Positions 59,599 to 64,000 of a stretch of DNA of 64,000 bases are shown one piece after another. The DNA comes from Candidatus Limnocylindrales bacterium (GTDB taxonomy: Bacteria > Chloroflexota > Limnocylindria > Limnocylindrales > CSP1-4): assembly GCA_050014975.1 (NCBI GenBank), contig JBEKCH010000005.1:16493-80492 (forward strand), given 5' to 3'. The notes beneath the pieces were generated by a model, which had not been told where the DNA came from, made no database searches, and was given only the letters and a program-made list of their open reading frames with translations. A program made the translations under genes and the position numbers. Positions within the stretch are counted from its first letter, which is position 1. Each line of letters starts with the position of its first letter.

Positions 59599-61470
59599 TC
59601 AGGGACAGGTGGGATCCAGAACGCGATAGAGGTACAGCGGCTCCGACGGCCCCCCGAAGAGGAACAGTCGGTAGGCGTCCATATCGGCCTGTTCGAGCTT
59701 GAGGGTGGTGCTGCTCAAGGGCGAGGCCGATACGACAGCGCATACGTGGATCGAAGGCCACCACTTCACGTATGCGCCGCCATTTGGAGCCGGCGGCTGG
59801 CCGAATGCCGCGACACCCGTCGCGTGGAAGGCTACCCATTCGAACCCGGCGTCGATCGTATCCGCCTTTGTGCCGCTCGCCACGGCCGTGTCGCCCATCT
59901 GCCACCGGGCGGCATCGAATGCGTCGGCGTTGAGAAGAAGGACGAGCGAGGTCAACGCCAGGCAGACGAGAAGCACGCTCGCCAACCCCGCCGAGATACG
60001 CCGGAGGATCGTTCTCGTCGTTCCCGTGGACGTGATTCGCGCCGACGATGGACCGAGTGGCACTGCAGCTTCGCCGGGCGGCCTCAGGAGAACGGCATAG
60101 AGCGGGAGTATGAGCGGCCACAGGTAGCGATCGAACATGGGGAACTCGACCGACCAGGCGAAGACCCCGCCGCCGTAGAGAATCGCGAAGGTCGCGAGCA
60201 GTGTCCAGGTCGACCCGGTCCAGTGCCAGGACGCCCAACGGCCGCGTCTGTCTCGCAGGCCGTGCACCACGACTCGAAGGTAGGCCCCGATTACGCCGCC
60301 GCATAGCGCGCACAGGACGAGGCCGGCGATCAATGCGGCGGCGTTGAGGATCTGCCACGACGGGGGGGCATACAGCTCAGGTCGTACCCCCGAGAGGGCC
60401 TCCGAGCCGAGGCTGCCGTTCACCCTGATGAGGTTGCCCAGGATCATGGAAGGCCATGCTCCGGAGCGAAGGAGCGTCGCTAGCGGCGCGTGGAAGAGGA
60501 TCAGCCAGGCGGCCGATCCCGCCAGTGCGTCCACGACGTGCCAGCGCCGCCGCCATGGTCGGATGGCCAGGACCAGGGCCGGTGAGAGCATCAGGCCCAG
60601 GGTCGAGATGCCCTCTCGTAGCACAATGATGGAGAAGCCAGAGAGTTCAAGTTCTATTCCGCCATGCCGGCCGGGCAGATGTATCTCAAACAGGTAGATG
60701 CCAGCGCACACCGCGATCGCTGCCGCCCCGGCGATCCAGTACCCGGGTCGTCTGCGGAGTGGGGAAACCGCGTGTACAGCCAGCACAGCAACCGGCGCAG
60801 CGATCGCGAATTCCCTGATGCTGAACCCGAAGCATCCCACCACGAGAGAGGCCACGAGCCACCGCAACTGGTCGCGTCCGCTTCGATCCAAGGCGGCCGC
60901 GCCGAGGGCCAGGCATGCGACCTCGGCCGACCAGGCGGGCACATCCGTCATGAAGGAGGTCGTGTTCAGGAGAAACCCCGGGAACACCAGAACGCCGAGC
61001 ACGGCCAGCAGCGACTGCGGAACGGACAGAATGCGATGGGCAAGCGAATAGCCGGCGACGATCCCCACGACAGCCAGAACGACCGTGGCGGCCGTGAATG
61101 CCCACTCCGCAGCGCCGGCCAGCCACAGGAACGGCTGCACGAAGATGATCTGCCCGATCAGCGTCATCGAGTTCCAGCCGTTGAGTTCCAGGCGACCGTT
61201 CGAGAACAGGTCCAGGGCCACTCGCCGGTACGCCGGGTCGTCATTGCGCGGCACGAACGTGGCACCGGACAGCGCTCCGATCAGTATCGGTACGCCTACT
61301 CCTATGCCAACCAGCGCCGCCAGCGCCAGGACTGACGGCCAGGACAACCGAAATGCCCCGCGCGCCCCCTTAGTCTGGGTTTCGTCCATCGGGCTGTCGA
61401 TCGATCGCTCGGGGTCCGGGAGTCGCGCCAAGTCCCGCCGGTGACGGTCGGCAGGCACCGCGTTAGCCAT
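59599..61470 (-). CDS. Large polytopic membrane protein, probable GT-C-type glycosyltransferase (hypothetical)
   Basis: About 14 TM helices plus a C-terminal soluble domain. No specific motif recognised. Confidence 0.6.
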   Translation of the reverse strand: MANAVPADRHRRDLARLPDPERSIDSPMDETQTKGARGAFRLSWPSVLALAALVGIGVGVPILIGALSGATFVPRNDDPAYRRVALDLFSNGRLELNGWNSMTLIGQIIFVQPFLWLAGAAEWAFTAATVVLAVVGIVAGYSLAHRILSVPQSLLAVLGVLVFPGFLLNTTSFMTDVPAWSAEVACLALGAAALDRSGRDQLRWLVASLVVGCFGFSIREFAIAAPVAVLAVHAVSPLRRRPGYWIAGAAAIAVCAGIYLFEIHLPGRHGGIELELSGFSIIVLREGISTLGLMLSPALVLAIRPWRRRWHVVDALAGSAAWLILFHAPLATLLRSGAWPSMILGNLIRVNGSLGSEALSGVRPELYAPPSWQILNAAALIAGLVLCALCGGVIGAYLRVVVHGLRDRRGRWASWHWTGSTWTLLATFAILYGGGVFAWSVEFPMFDRYLWPLILPLYAVLLRPPGEAAVPLGPSSARITSTGTTRTILRRISAGLASVLLVCLALTSLVLLLNADAFDAARWQMGDTAVASGTKADTIDAGFEWVAFHATGVAAFGQPPAPNGGAYVKWWPSIHVCAVVSASPLSSTTLKLEQADMDAYRLFLFGGPSEPLYLYRVLDPTCP

Positions 61471-61788
61471 TTCGCGATTGTAGCCATCCGTTATCGTGCC
61501 CGCCGCGGGATCGGGCTGACCGAGATTTGGCCGAGCCGGCGGGCCACGCTTTCCACTGTCTCGCGATCGCCAGCGGTGGATTTCGTGGGGTCGACTGGCA
61601 CCGCGCTGGCGACAGCGCCGCGATCTTTGCCATGGATCTGCCGCCGGCGCGCCACCACCTGGCTCGAGCGGTACGTCCGTGACCGAGAGAACGCTTCGGC
61701 TCTTTCGGACGGTACCAGCCTGACAAAGCTGTCATCGACGGGTCATACGAGTTGTCCGAGTTCCTGGCCACGGAGTACCGTAGGCGGA

Positions 61789-63456
61789 ATGCTGAACAGC
61801 AAGCCGATGCCGGCCAAAGACCAGCCGAACACCGCCGCCCCCCCCGTTATGCAGCGACTCTCAGAGATGGCCGCGATCCTTGTGGGCCTGTTCGGGGTGC
61901 TACTCATCGCCGTCGCCGTTCTCTACCGCCCGTGGAGCACGCCGGCCATTGGCTACGACGCGGCCTCATCCGTCCTGTACTTCGACAGATTGGCCGCGCA
62001 TCAGCCCCTCGAGGGCTTCGTGGACACCACGCCCAAGCCGTTCCTGACTCTCTTGTACGGCGTGGCGTACAACCTAGTCCACGATTGGCGCTTGGTGGCC
62101 ATCCTCTCGACCATCGAGTTCCCGCTAATGTTGGCCGCTGCTGCCGCACTGGCTTGGAGGACTAGCGGGCCGGTCGCTGCGGGCATGACCGCCTTCGGGC
62201 TTCTCGGCTGCCAGCGGCTCCTGCTCGACGGGGCTCTCACTTACGCAAACCCGTGGGCGATCTTGTTCTGGCTATTGGCGGGCCTGGCCCTTACCGCGAC
62301 ATCGCCCAGGTACGGCCTGGCAGGCGCCGCGCTCTTCCTCGCAGCCCTGATGCGCGTCGAGACCTTCATCATCCTCGCAGTGGCGGCCGTGGCCCTGGCC
62401 GCCTGGCGCGTCATTCCGGCTTACTGGATTCCCGGCCGCTCACGCCCGCCCGCGCGAGCGATCCTGCTGCTGCTGGGGGTGACCGCCCTCCCCGTGATGA
62501 TCCTTCACGATTGGCTGCTAACAGGCGACGGATTCTTCTGGTTCGACGTCTCTTCCATCATGTCGCGGGCTGTTCCTTCGGCCGTGGAGACGCCCCTACA
62601 ACTCACGCGGGATCTAATCCAGCACTACGCCGGAGCCTGGCCGCTGGCATTGCTGGCGGCGGTTGCCGTCTTCGATCTCGTCCGCCGTCGTCGTCTAGTG
62701 GTCCTGCTCGGTTTGATCGCTTGCGGGCCCGGCGTGCTCGCGCTCTTGGAGCTGCTGGCTTTCGGACACACATACGTGTCGTATCGCTACACGATTCCCG
62801 CCGACGCCGCGCTTATCTTCGGGGCAGGAATCGGAGCCGATGCCACGGCACGAGCCCTGGCAAAGATCGCTGGCCAACGCCGTCCGTTGCCAGAACGGAT
62901 AGCCCGGATGGTCGCCGGGGAGCGAGGCCGGGACCCGCTGGCCTTGGCCGCGGCCGCGGTGGCGATCGGAGCCGTGGCTGCCGTGGCGTTCGTGAGCCCG
63001 TACGGTCCGCTCGACCGGGAGACCTGGAGGACGATCAACAACTACAGGGCCCTTCAGGCACACGCCGAACGCGTTTTACCTACGATCGCCGGAGCCGTTC
63101 AGGCGCTACCGAACCCACCCACCTGGACGGTAACCGATGTCCTGCAAGTTGACACAGGGCCGCCGCCGAGGCTGTACGTTCCGGCGCAACTGGTTCCGCG
63201 CATGGCCGTCGATCTGGGCCTGCCTGTATGGGCCATACGGGGCGGCTCGCCTGTTCGCAGCCAGCCATCGATCCTGCGGGTGGCCGTCCCTACGATCGTC
63301 TACATCGATGTGCATCAGGGCACAGATGCCCCCGGCGACGACCAGCCCTTGGAGGTTGACCGCGTAAGCCGAGTCGGGTATGTGACAGTCGAACCGCTGC
63401 TCGTACTTCCGAGCGACGGGCTCTGGGTGGTCGAACTGAGGCCCATAGGAACCTGA
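61789..63456 (+). CDS. Large polytopic membrane protein, probable GT-C-type glycosyltransferase (hypothetical)
   Basis: About 12 TM helices and a C-terminal extracytoplasmic domain. Start chosen at MLNSKPMP. Confidence 0.6.
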   Translation: MLNSKPMPAKDQPNTAAPPVMQRLSEMAAILVGLFGVLLIAVAVLYRPWSTPAIGYDAASSVLYFDRLAAHQPLEGFVDTTPKPFLTLLYGVAYNLVHDWRLVAILSTIEFPLMLAAAAALAWRTSGPVAAGMTAFGLLGCQRLLLDGALTYANPWAILFWLLAGLALTATSPRYGLAGAALFLAALMRVETFIILAVAAVALAAWRVIPAYWIPGRSRPPARAILLLLGVTALPVMILHDWLLTGDGFFWFDVSSIMSRAVPSAVETPLQLTRDLIQHYAGAWPLALLAAVAVFDLVRRRRLVVLLGLIACGPGVLALLELLAFGHTYVSYRYTIPADAALIFGAGIGADATARALAKIAGQRRPLPERIARMVAGERGRDPLALAAAAVAIGAVAAVAFVSPYGPLDRETWRTINNYRALQAHAERVLPTIAGAVQALPNPPTWTVTDVLQVDTGPPPRLYVPAQLVPRMAVDLGLPVWAIRGGSPVRSQPSILRVAVPTIVYIDVHQGTDAPGDDQPLEVDRVSRVGYVTVEPLLVLPSDGLWVVELRPIGT

Positions 63457-64000
63457 CCAGGAGCCGCCTCGGGTTGTCGGGACTCGGAGACAAGGCATCG
63501 CCAGTGCCGCTCCCCTTCACTCGGGTCGGGGCCGTCCAACCCCGACCCCGGCCTTCGCCACGCCCTCGGACTAGTTGCCGCAGTGTTGATCGCCACCATC
63601 GCATCCAACGACGGCGCCGCGTTGAAGGTTCGAGCGTGATGCGACCGGGGACGCCGAGGCCCCAGCACAAGACCAGAGCACGGAGTCTTCCGACTGCCGG
63701 TGCCCGACCGGCGCCCGAGCCAAAGGGCCAGACTCAGCCCTCTACCAGGAGTTCCAGTGCGTCCAGCAGCCTGACGGGTGTCGTAGCCGGCGTGACCCGG
63801 ACTCGCGGGACGGCAAAGCGATCGGCCCAGGTCTCGAGAGCCACGGTTAGCCCAACTGGAGGCTTGCTCGCGGCGGGCGCCTCGGGCGCCACCGGCTCTT
63901 CGGTCACCGCGATCCGCAGCTCCTGGCAGGCGGCGACCGCGGCGGCCACCTGGCTGTCCACGACACCCGACGGATAGGCGAAAGACTCGGGCCAACGGCC

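Noticed and set aside
63457-64000. Minus-strand ORFs at the window end (63315-63995, 63734-63961).
   Set aside because: No recognisable motifs, GC-rich composition, and truncated by the window edge, so they cannot be supported.

Overview
This is a very GC-rich (about 70%) bacterial chromosomal segment. It is densely packed with housekeeping genes in a Firmicutes/Chloroflexi-like order, and I see no IS elements, integrases, CRISPR arrays, rRNA genes or obvious tRNA genes. Main blocks, left to right:
- A 5'-truncated ABC sugar permease.
- The heat-shock operon hrcA-grpE-dnaK (preceded by a perfect CIRCE operator), then an opposite-strand Zn-ribbon membrane protein, then dnaJ-prmA.
- An ECF sigma/anti-sigma pair whose anti-sigma carries a Kelch beta-propeller, followed by mtaB, a HIT protein and an acyl-CoA synthetase.
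- rpsU-yqeY-pgpH-ybeY and pth-mfd.
- An OatA-like acyltransferase, then apt, a GNAT acetyltransferase, ahcY-metK and manC-phosphomannomutase.
- A small SWIM-like zinc-finger protein with a lipoprotein, an AI-2E transporter, trpS, and a BNR/Asp-box lipoprotein.
- hom-thrC-thrB, preceded by an 85-bp tandem direct repeat.
- Two tandem, paralogous, highly acidic hypothetical proteins, and a dienelactone hydrolase.
- A long translationally coupled operon: lysC-birA-ECF sigma-anti-sigma-accD-accA-BCCP-like-accC-fabZ-phosphoesterase-fabF-accB-fabH-fabG.
- An LCP-family gene broken by a frameshift at a C7 run, and a divergent pair of large polytopic (GT-C-like) membrane proteins.
The strongest candidates for something undescribed are the two tandem acidic paralogs, a BCCP paralog lacking the biotinyl-lysine inside the acc operon, an ECF sigma module embedded in the lipid/biotin operon, and the 85-bp tandem repeat leader of the threonine operon. 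Many long Arg/Pro-rich ORFs on opposite strands are high-GC artefacts and are ignored.
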